This document shows positions 12,680 to 27,089 of a DNA stretch of 64,000 bases, piece by piece. The translations under genes were made by a program, and so were the position numbers. Location: NCBI GenBank assembly GCA_028534125.1, contig CM052817.1, positions 87,732,001 to 87,796,000 on the forward strand, given 5' to 3'. The first letter of the stretch is position 1, and each line of letters begins with the position of its first letter. The DNA comes from Lama glama (taxonomy: Eukaryota). Below the pieces are notes generated by a model, which saw nothing but the letters and a program-made list of their open reading frames with translations, was not told the DNA's origin and did no database searches.

Positions 12680-13530
12680 ATCACTCATTCATTTCATATT
12701 TAAGATATATTTCTAAACACACACAATGTACCAGACACAACTCTAGGCACTGGTGATATATAGAATTTGCATCATACAAAAGACAGACAATAAAGAAATA
12801 CATAATTAAATGTATAAAATGTAAAATGGTGACGAGTTTAACAGAGAAAGATAAAACTGCAATAGTGGATTTAAAGTTCCAGGGACAGGAGGAGATATAA
12901 AAATTGTTAAGTGTTGTTCAAAGAAACTTTTAATGACTGTAGTTCAGGAGAAAATTTGAGATTGGACCTACACATTTTATAATTGTCAGTGAATAAATGT
13001 TATGAAAAGCCAGATTGCATGAAATCAGCAAACGAATTGAGTGCAATTATAATATGATAATTGAGAACTGATTTATGTGGCAACCAAGGATTTACAGGTT
13101 GGGTGAAGTGAAGAAATTAGTAGTAAGATGGAGAAGCAGCAGTCACAGAGGTAGGAGGAATACCAAAAAAGTGGTATTTTGAAAGCCAAATTAAAAATGA
13201 GAAGAGTCTCAAAGAGAAGTGAGAGGCCACTTGTATAAAATGTTGATTTCTTTTTAAATGTTTTTTTTTAATTGAAGTATATAGTCAGTTTACAATGTCG
13301 TGTCAATTTCTGGTGTACAGCATAATGTTTCAGTCATACATGTAGACATGTATACAATGGAATACTCCTCAGCCATAAAAAAGAAACGTTGATTTCTTAC
13401 AAGGGATGATGACTATCCAATGGATTTACCAATATGCAATTTAATGGTGCTCTTCAAAAGAGCTGTTTTGTTGGAAAGAGTAGGAGCACAGCCTTACTGG
13501 AGAAGATTTATTAGAGTGCTAGGAAGGAAA
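12680..13530 (-). mobile_element. L2 remnant
   Basis: Reverse L2 3' end (cattcatt...aatgtaccagacacaactctaggcactggtgatata) followed by a purine-rich L2-like body. Confidence 0.7.
13253..13383 (-). mobile_element. Mini L1 insertion with 5' inversion (twin priming) and TSD
   Basis: Minus-strand L1 3' end at 13253-~13350 joined to a plus-strand L1 piece tatacaatggaatactcctcagccataaaaaag. TSD aaa(t/c)gttgatttctt at 13238-13252 and 13384-13398. Confidence 0.85.
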
Positions 13531-15787
13531 CTACTTCAGTTTTATTTTGTATATTCTTTACTGTAATTTCATTTATAAGTCTCTTCTCCATTGGACACCA
13601 TGAAATTCAGAACTTATTTGGGAGACAATTTTGTCTTTTTCATCCATTTCTTTTCTGAGTTCCATCAGCTATCATTTCACCACTTTTTGATTGTTATATC
13701 TGTTTTGAAATTAGAACTTCTGATTTTAGCGCTCTTTCCTATCTTTGGTGTTGTTTAAATTACTTTAGATTCAAGCTAGGATGAAGATCCAGTCTTCCTT
13801 TCCTTCACGTCTTTGTGTATGTATGTGTTGGAGCAGGAATATAGTTATACACTGAAAAGCTTTTATTCTTTTTTTCTTTTTGCATTTTTTTTCAAATGAG
13901 AGCTGTATTCTCTTTTTATTCAAGTTAATTTACATTGAATTGTCCTAAAACAATAGATGATTCAAAATGGGAGGAACTGTAGAAGTTTTGGGTGATTAAT
14001 TTGCTTTTTTTTAGTATGTGTGTTTTATTCTATTTCTATCTCTAGGTACATTTCATTAAAATATGCCTTCATTTTGGTAGTGAATTATGTATTACACACA
14101 TTTCTTCTGAATCTCTGATATTATTATACTGTAGTATCACTCATACTTTACTGCTACCATGCTTATGAGGAACACCTTCCTTTCTGTTTCTTCTTCCTTT
14201 CCCAGAAACAGTGCCTACTTAAGAATGCTAGCAGTCTGTTCTTTGATCCACCAGATCTCAGAGTTGTTTTTAATATTTTAAGTCAATGTGAAAACTCTCT
14301 CCTGGGATAACCCTGGTTAATGTTTTCTGTTTTTCTCCACTATCAGGACTCTGCTCCTCTCCCTCCAGTCCAACCCTCGTCTAATTCTCCACTCTTGCTT
14401 AGACTCAACATAGAACTCTGCTGATCAGAGATCTGTATTTCCTCACAGACAACAGAAATTAGAGTTTGTTGAGTTCTCTGCTTTGTTGATACGGTAGAAT
14501 ATAGGCTATAGGTGGTTTGATTTTATTTGTTTTCTGTTTTGATTGGTATGGGTTTGTCTGTTTGTTTGTTTTGGTTTGTTTGTTTTTTCAGAATGTGTGG
14601 TGAAATGTGTTAACTTCCATAATCCCTAGAGAAGTTAAAACTCCCTCTTAATGGAGTATTGTTAATTCTTCCTCCTACTGATATGTATTAATAAAGTTTA
14701 GAAACTGTGTGGAATAAAGACTGACAAGATATTACTGTAGTTTATTAAAGATTAGATTCAATTTGAAATAAACAAAACTTGGGATCACTATTGCAATTAG
14801 TCTACAAATCTAAAGGATTCAAAGGAAAAGTAATAAACTAGAAGAAACTTAACTCCTATGTATAAATGCAAAGAAACAAATCTTACTTTGTCAAGAAAAA
14901 TGGAGATTATCAGGACAACTGATACTTCAAGGATATATTAAGGAAAGCTACCACGAATTCAAGTTAACTTTTACAATAATAAATTTTAATAATCTGCACA
15001 AATATAGTAATTATACATTTCAGTAAATGACTGTGGGGAGCAATGTGGAATTTTCATTTCTGGAAATCATCATCAGATGAAGTACTGTTTTTTTGTTTGT
15101 TTTTATGGGAGACTTAAATGGAGTATTTCCTGACCAAGAAGTGAGATATTTTACTTCTCAGTGTTCTTTTCAGCCATAAACTCAGTTTCTGTGATCCAGC
15201 TATGTTTCTCACCTATTATCTTGCTACTTTTATTCTTTTTGGTATAATGTCCCTTTCCTGTTTCTATGGTGATAGAAAAATGGTACCACTTGGTTCTCCT
15301 TACACTCTCCCATGAACAACTTTTGCCTCACCCCAAAAAAAGCAGAAGTAGTGGGGGGGAAATACTATAGAAATACTGAGCAGCTGGAAATACAAGAACA
15401 AAATTTCCTGCAAATGTTCATGGCTTCAATTTCATACTTTATTTATCTATAGGACTCAACAAAATCACTTAACCACACAAAAATACTTAACATTTGAAAT
15501 TGGAAAATTACTGCACTAATATCATTAGTAAGCACTATCATCAGCAACATAGAAAACACTCAAATATCTCTAATCCAGAAAATTTTAATTACCTAGCCAT
15601 GCTAAAAGTAACAAAATCATTTTCCCAGCTGCTTCTCTATTGCTTATAAAATAAGCCCTTGAGTACAATGATAAGTTAAATGCTACTTTTGTATTCATGA
15701 AAAAGGAAGCAGGCTGAAAAGAGTGCAGCTGCCCCAGTATTTTCAAGAAAACCTTTTATCTTTTGCAGAATCAAACACACATTCATA

Positions 15788-15830
15788 TGCATGCGCGCGC
15801 ACACACACACACACACACCCACTCACCCAC
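15788..15830. repeat. (GC)n(CA)n microsatellite
   Basis: tgcatgcgcgcgcacacacacacacacacaccc. Confidence 0.9.
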
Positions 15831-16859
15831 CTCCACAAACTTGGAAGAGATAAGAATAATTTTTATCCTGTTTTACATCCTATGTGCTAAAATATTTTGG
15901 TTATCAATTGATGATAGGTAAATTAGCAGATGGAATAGAAATACAATTTTGGAATAAAAAAATCCTTTTCTAATGATTATATAGTTTTAATATTTGACAT
16001 CATTTTTGAGATATTCAAAAGACAGTAGATACTTTTATTCTAAATATAATGAGGTGCTATGAATGTAATATTTTAAAAGCCTCATCTAGGTTGCACTAGT
16101 ATTTTCACTGCAACTCAAGTGAAAACAATTATTAGAAGCCTATTTACTTTCATCTATGTCAAATGTTAAAAAAGAGAAATATTGCTGAAGTTATTGCCAT
16201 CCAAGTCTATGAAAATACCCCAACTTTTAGCTATGAATTTAGAACATAGTGACAATGTGTTTTAAGTGTGTTACTTTTTATGAATCCTGTCTAGAAAATT
16301 TTCCAATGTCTTGTCCCAGAATAAAATTCTTCTGTCAGACAGCTTTTTATTTTTATTTAAAATAATAACTCATTTTCATCTCATCTTTTTGCAAGTTTAT
16401 TCATATACAAGCAAACTATATCTAAGAAATTAATGCAACTGAAAATTACTTACATAGCTTTAAAGCTCAATAATATTTAATACACTATGAGCTTTCATAA
16501 TTTAATTCCTACAGAACTCTTCTCCTTACTCAAGCTACTTGTTTTACTTCCTCTTTAACTACTTTTCCAGTGTTTTTCTTCACCTGCTTTATTTTAGTTA
16601 CTCTTGAAATTTTTGTGTTCTTTCCTTCTCCCACCTTTCTGGAACCAAAGTAATTTTATCGAAGTCCATAGCTTTGTTTTCTCCACAACAACTCTTGATC
16701 ATAAACAGATTTACTAGGGCATAAATAAACTTTAAGTTTCAGAATTCATTTACATATGCCCTGTTTACAGACACTGTACCAAACGCTGTGTTTCAAAATT
16801 TATTTTTTTAAAAGACTTCCAAAATCATACAGGTTTCTGGCACTGTAAAACTGATATCA

Positions 16860-19200
16860 GCCCATGCTCTTGATTGTATATGCCTGATGAGTCCCAAATG
16901 GAAATCTGTGATTTCCTTTAGATATTTCCACTTAGATATGCTTTCCTACAGGAAGGAGTTTGCACAGGCATCCCAAACACAGTGTGTACAACTTGAATTT
17001 ATACCTACACTCTAACATTCTGTTCTGGTATTCCCTACATTAGTAATTTAATTTTCACCCAGCTAGTCATCCAACTAAGAAATGTGACAGGCATGCTTAA
17101 TCTCCCATATACTTCAGCCCAAAAAACACTGTACGAAATTCATTTTAAACATAGTATGAAAAATCCGGAATGTAATCACCAGTGGCTTCTCCTGCTCACC
17201 TACCATACAAGTACCACATATCATCCACATTATTTACAGATCCATTAAATCTGTAGCGACTTTGAATCACTACATCTTGTGCCTAAGATAGTTATTCTCC
17301 ATCTTTCAGTCTAATTTAGTCATCATTGAAACCTGGGCTCTGACTTACCACTCTCTGTGAAGTCTTTTTGAAACCTCATTCACCAGTATTCACTCATTCT
17401 TTTGGAAGGTACACATTTTCTCCTTCATGATAGCATTGTATTTTGAATCTTTTTAAAACCAAAATTTATTAAAATGGATTATTCTCACTCTTAGCTTGAT
17501 CACAGGACTTTAATCATCATGATTAAAATCCTATTTTATTCATTTTTGTATCTTTATTGTTTTAAAAAATAATGACACAAATAATAGCACCTGGTAAGTA
17601 TGGTGAATAAATACATTTACTGATTTATTTTGCTGGACCATTTATGTTCCAGTCTAGTATCAAACTCCTTACTTGTGCACATGACCACATCTACTCTCTT
17701 CTACTTATTCAAAACATCACTTGAATAACTGCCTCTTTTATTTCCTATGTCATTTTTCCTCCACTCTACTAGATGACTTCCTTTGGTATCATAACTGTGT
17801 AATATTTCTCATTTTTAAAAAGTCCACCCCTCACTGTACATGTCCTCCAGTTACCACTCCATCTGCTTCTTTCTACAGCAAAACTCTTATAAAAAGAATG
17901 GCATAAACATAACTCTAATTCCTTTTTTGTTCTTGTGGCTTGAATCCTGTATATTCAGGCTTTGTTCTTATGTTCCTCTCTACCATTTATGTTCATGTCA
18001 AGGACACCAGTGACATCTATTTTGTTAAGTGTTCACTTTTTGCCCTTATCTTCCTGGATTTATTAAGTGCATTTGACATAGATGATGAGATTCTCCTCCT
18101 TAACACACTTTCTTCACTTAGTTTCTCTTCCTAGCTCATTAGTTGCTCCTTCTTGGTATTTTTTGCTGTGACTCAATGCCCTCTAAATTTGGAAAAATCC
18201 AGTGCTCTCTGTTTGAAAAGTCTCTAGTATTTTGCCTGTGTGTATGTATATATGTCATCTCAAGCAGTGTCATACTTTAAATATCACTTACATGGCAGTG
18301 TTTCAAAAATTTGTAAATCCAGGTTGGACTTTGTCTTTGAAATATATATATATCAAAAAGCTTAGCTAACGTGTTCCCCCTTCTATCAAATAGACATTTC
18401 ACACTTACATTCAAAAACTCTAAATTAATTTCTCCATTTAGCTTCTCCATTGATAAAGAATTATTTTATTCTTTAAGTTTCTTAGGACCCAATGCTTAGT
18501 TATCTTACACTCTTCTCTTTTTTCATGTAATTTCCCCCAAATGTCATAGCAAATGATCAGTAAATCCTGCTGATTCTACCTTCAAAATATGCCCAGTGTC
18601 CAATCACTTCTTACTACATTTATTGCTAACATTCTAATCCAAGCTGCCATTGTATATTACCTGAATTACTGAAGCATATTCCAAAGTGTCAATTCAGCAG
18701 CCAAAATGATCTCTTAAAAACTGAATCAAATCAGATGAATCTGCTTGTAATTGTTCCATGGCTTCTCTTTTACACAGAGTTCAGCCTTTCTTTCCCCGCA
18801 ATGCCCTAAAAGATTCTTTCTGCTTCTCAAAATGCCCTCCATCTATTCATTTTCTGAATTTACATCTTATTATTTCATGCCTTTCATCTGGTTCCAACGA
18901 CTCTGCTGGGGTTGCTACTTCTCAGTCATGTCAAGCGTATGCTTAATCAGCACCCCTCTACTCGCTGTCTCCTTTGACTAGAACTTTTCCCCAGATATGA
19001 TGAGGGAACACTTTGTTAAGCTCTATGCTCAAATAGCACCACATAAAAGAAACTATGTTAACATATATATAACTATCCCTTCCTCCACCATTAGCATTTC
19101 CTATACCATCTCTCTCCTATACATTTACTTCATAGTGCTTATCACAATCTTTCATAACAAATATTTATTTCTCTGTTATTTTCCCTTGTATTAGATTAGC
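16860..19200 (+). mobile_element. L2 remnants
   Basis: L2-like motifs: tagcacctggtaagtatggtgaataaatacatttactga (~17584-17622), gcatttgacatagatgatgagattctcctcctt (~18069), aaatcctgctgattctaccttcaaaatat (~18562). Confidence 0.7.
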
Positions 19201-21338
19201 CAAACAGAGTCAAAGAAAAATATTCTTCCCAAAGTAATATCCTCAGATCGTTTTGGGAAGACCTGTGAATAGTTGACTATTATCTTTTTATGGATTTCCC
19301 TCCTGATATTCATTTCTAACTCTGCTTTCCATACAGAAGTTAAATTTTACCTATTTTTTCCTACTGTCGTTGCATTTTCCTTTGAGAATATGGTCTCTTT
19401 ATTGTTTCTCTTATGATATTCAGCTAATCAGCTCTCTTAGGCTTTCTCAAATTTAAAAAAATGTGTTTATAATGCTTTCTTTAATTGCTTCTATTGCTTT
19501 TTTAGTGTTTTATTTAGAACATATAAAGGATACAATACTTTAAGACAGTATCATATTTAAGAAGACCCAAGCCATTCTAGTTTGTTTTACAGGTTTTTTC
19601 AGGACATACTTTAAAAAGGAATACACATGCATCTGCACACACATACACACACAAGGTAATTTTTGTGAAACTACCTTTTGACTTTTCTACCAGTCAATGT
19701 TTCTTAAAATTTTGCTACCATGAGGTTTGACAACTGACAGTTTAATATAAGTGTTCCTGATGATTCCATTAATTTCTACCAAAGTCCCCCACCATTGTTT
19801 ACTGATGTGTTTTTGAATATATTTCTACATGTGATGATTTAACTGTCCAATAATTGGTACAGTGGAACAAATATATAGAAAAACAGATAAAATAATATAT
19901 AAAAACAGTAAGATATTAAAAATCATGAATTAAATTAAAATATAGAATTAAATATATACCCTAACTTTGTGCATAAAGATATGACTATAACTAACAACTT
20001 ACTACATGAAGTCAATAGCAATTTAGAGTATGGCTAACTACATAATGTTAGTCACTGACATAAAGATCTCTAAAGGGAGAAATCTGAGATTTCATGGGTA
20101 CATAAAGTATTAAAATAGAAATATATGAAATGTTAAATTTGAGTATATGAAAAATTTAATATATGAAAGATTAAATTTATAGTTTACAACATGCTTTAAC
20201 AATATATTTTATTACAGCAATCATTCTGGTCTTCACTCAGTTCTATAGTGAGTCAAACACTGGCTTTACACAGAAAAAACAACTTTGAATTTAACTCGGG
20301 TGAATGGTGGTCTTTACTCATTATGTATTAATTCCTTAATATGACATTATATTTCCAGAGATGAAGTGCAGGCCTTTTTCCAAATAGAGACCACATGTTT
20401 GTGGAATGTCCAGGCCATATTCCTGTGCCACAGGTAATAATTACAACAGCATTTATCAAAGTGGTTGTCTGCAAAAGAGCCATGTGTACCTTCTCCTCTC
20501 CAATTGTTATAAATGGAAGGAGACTAGAAAATTAAAAATAAAATTTCAAGGATGAAGGGGCAGAACAAAATATTAATCAGTTTCTAGCTGTGTTAGTATA
20601 ACCACTAAATCTTACTTTGAAGTAAGCAAAGAGCCGATCCTTGGGGAGAAGAGAATGAACATAAAGGGAGCATTTTAAAAGTCTCTCATCTTCTTTGGAA
20701 TATTTGTTTCTTAAATTATCCATTCTTCTTAGTATTAGATTTTAAAGACTTCCAACTAAGCTTTGAAACTGATATGCTATTGAAGTTGTTAGGCTGAAGT
20801 GGAGGAGTTGACATGCTTAAAAAAGCATTTTTTGATTATGATAAACAATTCCTATAAATTGCTCCGGTACCTCTATAACCAAATATCTCTGAGTATATTT
20901 CATTTCTTTATCTAAAGCATTTTCCCAGCCAAAATATCTATATTTAAGTGAAATATTCAACTTTCATATCAAATTTTTAATTCAGTGCCTGATGCCAAAA
21001 TATTACTTAATATCATAAGTGTGCAGGTTATTGAATTCAATAAGTAAAACATTCAGATTCTACTATCTTGTATCCCAAATTACAGTGAAGTAACTGTTGC
21101 TATTAATTTAAAAATGATGCAGCTTAAAAATCCCACTGCTTGGAAATGTTTAAATTATTGAAGAAATAATTCTACAAGACTTTTTAAGCTGATCCTAATT
21201 TTCTATTTTTAATAAATTATATGCATAAACTTTACCGTATATACATGACAAATATACAAAAACTCAACGATAGTGCTCAATATCTCCTCTGTAAGTGTTT
21301 TATATTACCTCTTGTATAGTATTGTGATCGTTAAAATG

Positions 21339-21371
21339 ATATATATACACACACATACACACACACACTCA
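21339..21371. repeat. (TA)n(CA)n microsatellite
   Basis: atatatatacacacacatacacacacacactcac. Confidence 0.85.
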
Positions 21372-22889
21372 CTTCTATATCCTGTAATTGGAGCTAAAGT
21401 AATCTAATTATACTATCAAATTTTAAGTATACATGTTTTCTAGCAATTAGTCTTTGAAAGTTCAATTATAAGTGTATGAAATATTCATTCTAATTTTCAT
21501 CAAATATTGGCAAACTTCTCTCACTTGAATGATGCTACTCTGCTAAAGAGGCAGCCAGGGAACTGCCCTATACGAGGGCAGGCACTCTGCTTCCTAACAT
21601 CTCTGTGGCAAGATAAATTGGACTAGATGAGCACTGAAATTAAATCAACAGGCATTATCACACATATTTTACTTAGCTAAGACTCGGAACACTGATTAAC
21701 CCCCTTTTCAATCTATGAAATCAAAAAGAAAGATTTTTTGAATTTTCAAAATTATCTGAACTTTGCTCTCAGGATATATATATGTAACAAAAGAATATTT
21801 AAGTAGGTTAGTCCAACTTCTACATGCAAATATTTTATACTGTTTACAAACTTTACAAAAGCCCATGTATATGTCCTTTTCCTTTCTTATTTCTTCTTCT
21901 TCTTCATTAAAAAAAATTACTCTTAGGCATCAGTTTTATAGTAAAAGAGAAACATAAGATTCTTATGTGCCTCCATTTGATTCCAATTTGTCACCTCAGA
22001 TATGCTAGCATGATGTGACTATGCTTAATTGCCTTGGCTGGTATGTAGGAATATTATCAATTATTGGTATTTTAAAAAAAAACACTTAACGTATTAGAAT
22101 TTTTTAAAATATTTGTCATGTTACAATCAATCCTGTTCCTTGAAAAATGGTAGAACTAGTAAATTTTAATTGTTGTTTCCAAAGCTGTGTACAAAAAGAC
22201 TCTTTCTGTTCCTTTCCAACATGCTATCATTACTGAAATACTCATGAGAATGTTGTGCAATAATTGTGAATGCTTGCAATTTTATTATTTTTACTAAACA
22301 GGGAAGATAGGAAAATAAGGATCCTTAGTGCCTTGAACAAAGTGAAAAAGTGCTGAATATTTATTACTATGGCTCGTCCTTTCTCCCTCAGTGAAGGTAA
22401 TAAAATAAGTCAGATCACCTTCCTTGCTTTTAAGTATTCCCAAGCAGCTGTCATGGAGTCTAGCTATGAAAAGCACTCGTGGGCCTTACATAGTTAGACA
22501 TTTGGGACATTTAGAACAAAAAAGAAACACTATAAGCAGAAGGCTGCAGATAATATTTGAATATTGTTTAACATTGTCTCAGGTAGAAAATAAAAGGGAG
22601 AGCAAAATAACCTCTTTAAAGATCTCTTCATGACAAGAAACTTTTATCTTTTTCTTTAACAAATAATCCATTTGGACTTAACTCAGGGGAAAAAAAAGGA
22701 TTTTTTAAAATCATTCACAAGGTTTTAAAATAACTACCTCTGAAGAGTTCTTACTGATAGCCCATGAGATAAGTGAAAACATGTAATTTATACTTGACAC
22801 ATAAAAGGCATTCAATATTAATTTTTGTCTCTCAAGATAAACTGCTATGTACATTTTTCGTACATGCAGGGAATTTTTTTGTATATATA

Positions 22890-23283
22890 TATTTTCACTG
22901 AAGTATAGTCAGTTTACAAAGTGTGTCAATTTCTGGTGTACAGCATAATGCTTCAATCATACATGGACATACATATATTTGTTTTCATATTCTTTTTCAC
23001 CATAAGTTGCTATAAGATATTGAATATAGTTCCCTGAGCTATACAGTATAAACTTGTTCTTTCTTTATTTTATATATATTAGTATCTGCAAATCTCGAAC
23101 TCCCAATTTCTCTCTTCCCACCCCCTCCCCCCGCTGGTAACCATAAGTTTGTTTTCTATGTCTGTAAGTCTGTTTCTACTTTGTAAGTAAATTTGTCCTT
23201 TTTTTTTTTTTAGATTCCACATATAAGTGATATCATACGGTATTTTTCTTTCTCTTTCTAGCTTACTTCAATAGAATAACAAT
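22890..23283 (-). mobile_element. 5'-truncated L1 (3'UTR fragment)
   Basis: tgaagtatagtcagtttacaaagtgtgtcaatttctggtgtacagcataatg...ggtaaccataagtttgttttctatgtctgt...tagattccacatataagtgatatcatacgg. Clearly homologous to 5868-6270. No convincing TSD. Confidence 0.9.
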
Positions 23284-26200
23284 ATTTTTATGGTTTATTT
23301 ATTTTAAAATATATGTCATTATTTTATTCTAGAGTCAGAAATCACCTTAAAACTATATGGTTTGAGCCAACGATTTTATAAATGAAAGAAAAAAAAGTAA
23401 AGCCAAAAAATCTTATGAGAACCCTGAGTTATAACAACCCAGTATTTTCCAATTTTTAGCTTGTGTTCTTTCAATCAGTCTTCTAGCCTTGTCTCTTTAC
23501 CTTGATTTATCAACTCCATGACTGCAGGAAATCTTTCTGTGTCTGGACCTCCCATAGTGTCCAGCACAGCTGCCAACACATATGTTCATTTGATATTTTC
23601 TGGTAAGTTTTAAACTAATGGAGTGTACCATAGTGCTAAGATGGGGTCAGAAGAACTGAGCAATCTTCAGTAATGAGAGGCGCAATTTAAATGGGAGCAT
23701 CAGGCCAGTTTGAAAAGAAAATAGTGTTTCTGTCCTAAAATTGCAGTATTATATATATTATTGTGAAATCTGGGTATTCCTCTTTATGCTTCTTTAGTAA
23801 ATAGAAATGTCTGTAAGTAACACACTCAGAATTACTCTTATAATACTCTTCTATAAAACAATAAACAAATGAACTAAGGCAAACCTATTGAAGTTTCATT
23901 AGATCCCCTGCTTGATCCTCATATATAATCTTTCCTTGTATCTTTTAAGTTCCCACTCAGCATGTGGGCTGCTTTGTTGATTTTCTTATAATAAAAGATA
24001 TTTAATTAAAATTTTCATGGTCAAGAAAAAGGGAATTCATGCCTACTCACTATATTAGCAACTGTTTTACCATTATTTTATAAACACTGAACATTAAAAA
24101 TATTGACTTAAACCACTTTACTTTTTTTTCTAGTAAACGTCAATATTCATCTTGCTTTAAATATTTAAAACAAGTCCAAATTATTTAGTGAAGCTATATA
24201 TTTTTTGAGGTTGAAGAGTTTTATAAAATTCTTCTAATGGCTCCACTGGTTAGAACAAAGTTATTTTCTAAGTATTTAGTCATTAGAGGATGATGGAGAT
24301 TTCCAAAGAAATAAATGCCAATATTCTGATTCAGATTGGTGGGAAAATAGCTTCTGCTTTGAAAACCATGCCTAAGTGATTAAGGGAAAAAGTGATATTT
24401 TGTATTCTTGGCTCTCTGTGATCCTCTCAAGTGAACATATGGAACTGAATATGGGATTAAATCAAATACTGAATACTCTAAACTCTCCTCTACCTCAGTT
24501 TTTCTCTTTCAATTTATTTTTTTCCTTTTAACCCAGATCAAATCTCGCCATATGTTGGTTCCCATTTAGAACAGCAACAATTTTCTGTAGATTGCTTCTA
24601 TGTTACATGAAAAACCCTGGGGTAAATGTCATTAACTGTAGTTTTAGCCATTAGTCTCAGCGCATCATTATTCAATTGACTTTTCATAGAATCTTCTCTG
24701 TATGTGTAATTCTGACTAAATCAACTCTCAGTCTGGAAAACTTTTCAGAATCCATTAAATGTAATGATTTATCTTAAGCAATGTAAGCAGCAAGGGGAAA
24801 TCTGAAGAAGTCATAGTTGAAAGCAAGCCTAAAATTAGTTTTTCTATTTTTATCTTAAAAAAGGTGACAAGAAAGAATTTATATTTGAGTTATGTCTCTA
24901 TTTAAAATATGGAAAACTGTGAGAATAAAAGTAAATATAAATGAGAAACCAGAAAAATATAGTTACTTTGAATATTATACATAAAAATAGATGATATAAC
25001 ATCAAAATAAAATTCGCAATTTTGAAAGTACTGTGTGAACACTTTTGCTACATTAATGTAAATTATAGATTATATATATTTATATGTTATTCATCATATT
25101 TCTACATATTTAAGTTTGAAATACAAACAGTTAAAAAGTGTATTTTAAGTGTTTACTGCTTTTGAAAACCATTTACAGCTACTGTCTTCTTAAAAAGAAA
25201 CAAGTTAGTCTTTATAAATTTAAGTCCTTCCACGGGTGTTAAAAGAGGACCCAGATTGCAGGGTTCTTCCACAAAAATCATTTCTATCTAGGCCTCAGAT
25301 CTTGTAAATATCAGGTCCCAGGAGCATAGAATAAAATATAATCTATTGAAAACCAGACCCAGAGAGCTAACCAGAAAAGTTTTATGGAATTTGTTGCTCA
25401 AACAAAGGCACATATCAACATAAATATCAAGCAAACAATCAAATACTCATGAAATATTGACAGTAAACAAAATGCATGAACTTATGTGGCAGAAATGACA
25501 GATTCTTTAACTGAATAAATAAATTATTACAGAAGGTTCATTTCATTGGCTAAAGGAATTGGAAATAGGTAAAGCCATTTATCTACCCTTCTTTAATTCA
25601 TCAACCTGGGCCAAATTGAGTAATCAATGCTAAACTCAAAACAGATAAACTCTGGCCTACACTTGGGTGTAGAAAGAAAACGTAAAAGTATAAACACACA
25701 CCTGCATCTTTTTTTCTTGTTTTCTTGATCCAAAGGCAAGAGATACTCACGACTGACTGCAGTATTCCTTAGAAACTGAGATCTGTGGAAAACAATGGTA
25801 TGTCAATAATGTTAGTTTAATATAATGTCTTGGAGTATACTTCTTCTATTACTGGTACCCCATTTTTCAGGAGCTGGCTTTGTCATGACCGAGTAGGATC
25901 GATTATTGTCATCAAAATTTACATCTCACACCTCATAACTGCTCTATGTCCTGACCAGAGCTCAGCCTTCTAATAGTGTTGCCCTCCTTCTGTTTGTCAC
26001 ACTAAAGCCCTGTCCCCATTTTCATATTTCCAGAGGCTATTATCTAGGCTGGAGCCCAAACAGACTTCTCTTTGGCTTATTTACTCGGAGGAGCAGACTA
26101 CGTGGATATCTATGTGTGTCTTGTATGTCTGTGTAAACTAACTGTTTTACTCAAAATGTCTACAATGCTTAAAGATGTTCAGTAATCCTAAAATGTCAAA

Positions 26201-26807
26201 AGATTTTTATAACCAAAAAACTCTACCAGTTATAAAATTAATTCTAATTGTAACAACCCATTACCAAAACATACTGACCTCCCAATGTTAATATATTTAG
26301 TTTGCTTTTCATTTCCAAATTGGAATAATAAAAAGCATTATTTTGTTGGAATTTATCTATGCCTAGGTTGATATGGGCATTCCATTTCTCACCTTCTAAG
26401 ATGAGATAATAAAAAACAGAAATTGAAAAGTTTTCCTATTTTTATAAGTGCACTTTGAAAAATAATCATATCACTTCTTAATATTGGATCAGAAAAATTC
26501 TCACAGAAAAGATATGTAACCCTTTCTACCACATGCAACTAAAGTTTTAAAGTTAGAGGTATGTTTTGAGAAGAAAGCAGGGCAATAGAAAAACAGAAGA
26601 ACAAAACATTAGTTCAAAAGGATCCATTTGACTGGAAACCGAGAATTATTGAAGTAAATGGTTCCTTTTTGGGTTTACCAAGTATACTTTTCAGAATTCT
26701 AAATTATTTCCATTCTCTGTATATGATGAAACTAGTTTATCACACAGAGCCATTCTAAAGACAAATAATATAATAGACGTATTTTGCCTTTAGGCAGGAT
26801 TTTCTTT

Positions 26808-26894
26808 TTTTTTTAAACATTTTTTATTGATTTATAATCATTTTACAATGTTGTGTCAAATTCCAGTGTTCAGCACAATTTTTCAGTCATTCAT
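26808..26894 (-). mobile_element. Very short young L1 3'-end insertion with perfect 12-bp TSD
   Basis: tttttattgatttataatcattttacaatgttgtgtcaaattccagtgttcagcac. TSD aggattttcttt at 26796-26807 and 26895-26906. Confidence 0.88.
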
Positions 26895-27089
26895 AGGATT
26901 TTCTTTCTTGATCAATAGACAATTATAAAACCTTCATCTTGTTCTTATAGAAGCTATCAACAATGCTGAATATTTTAGAATCAGGAGTCTTCAGGAAACC
27001 TTGCATCATTTCTTAAAATAAATTTCAGAGTATTTAGTTTGCAAAATATTGTAGGAGAAAATTATGACAGTGGTGGTAGAGGAGATATA

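Noticed and set aside
22302..22397. Plus-strand exon-like segment with a Kozak-like ATG (MARPFSLSE)
   Set aside because: Stops in all frames upstream of the ATG, only nine codons, and no supported downstream exon.
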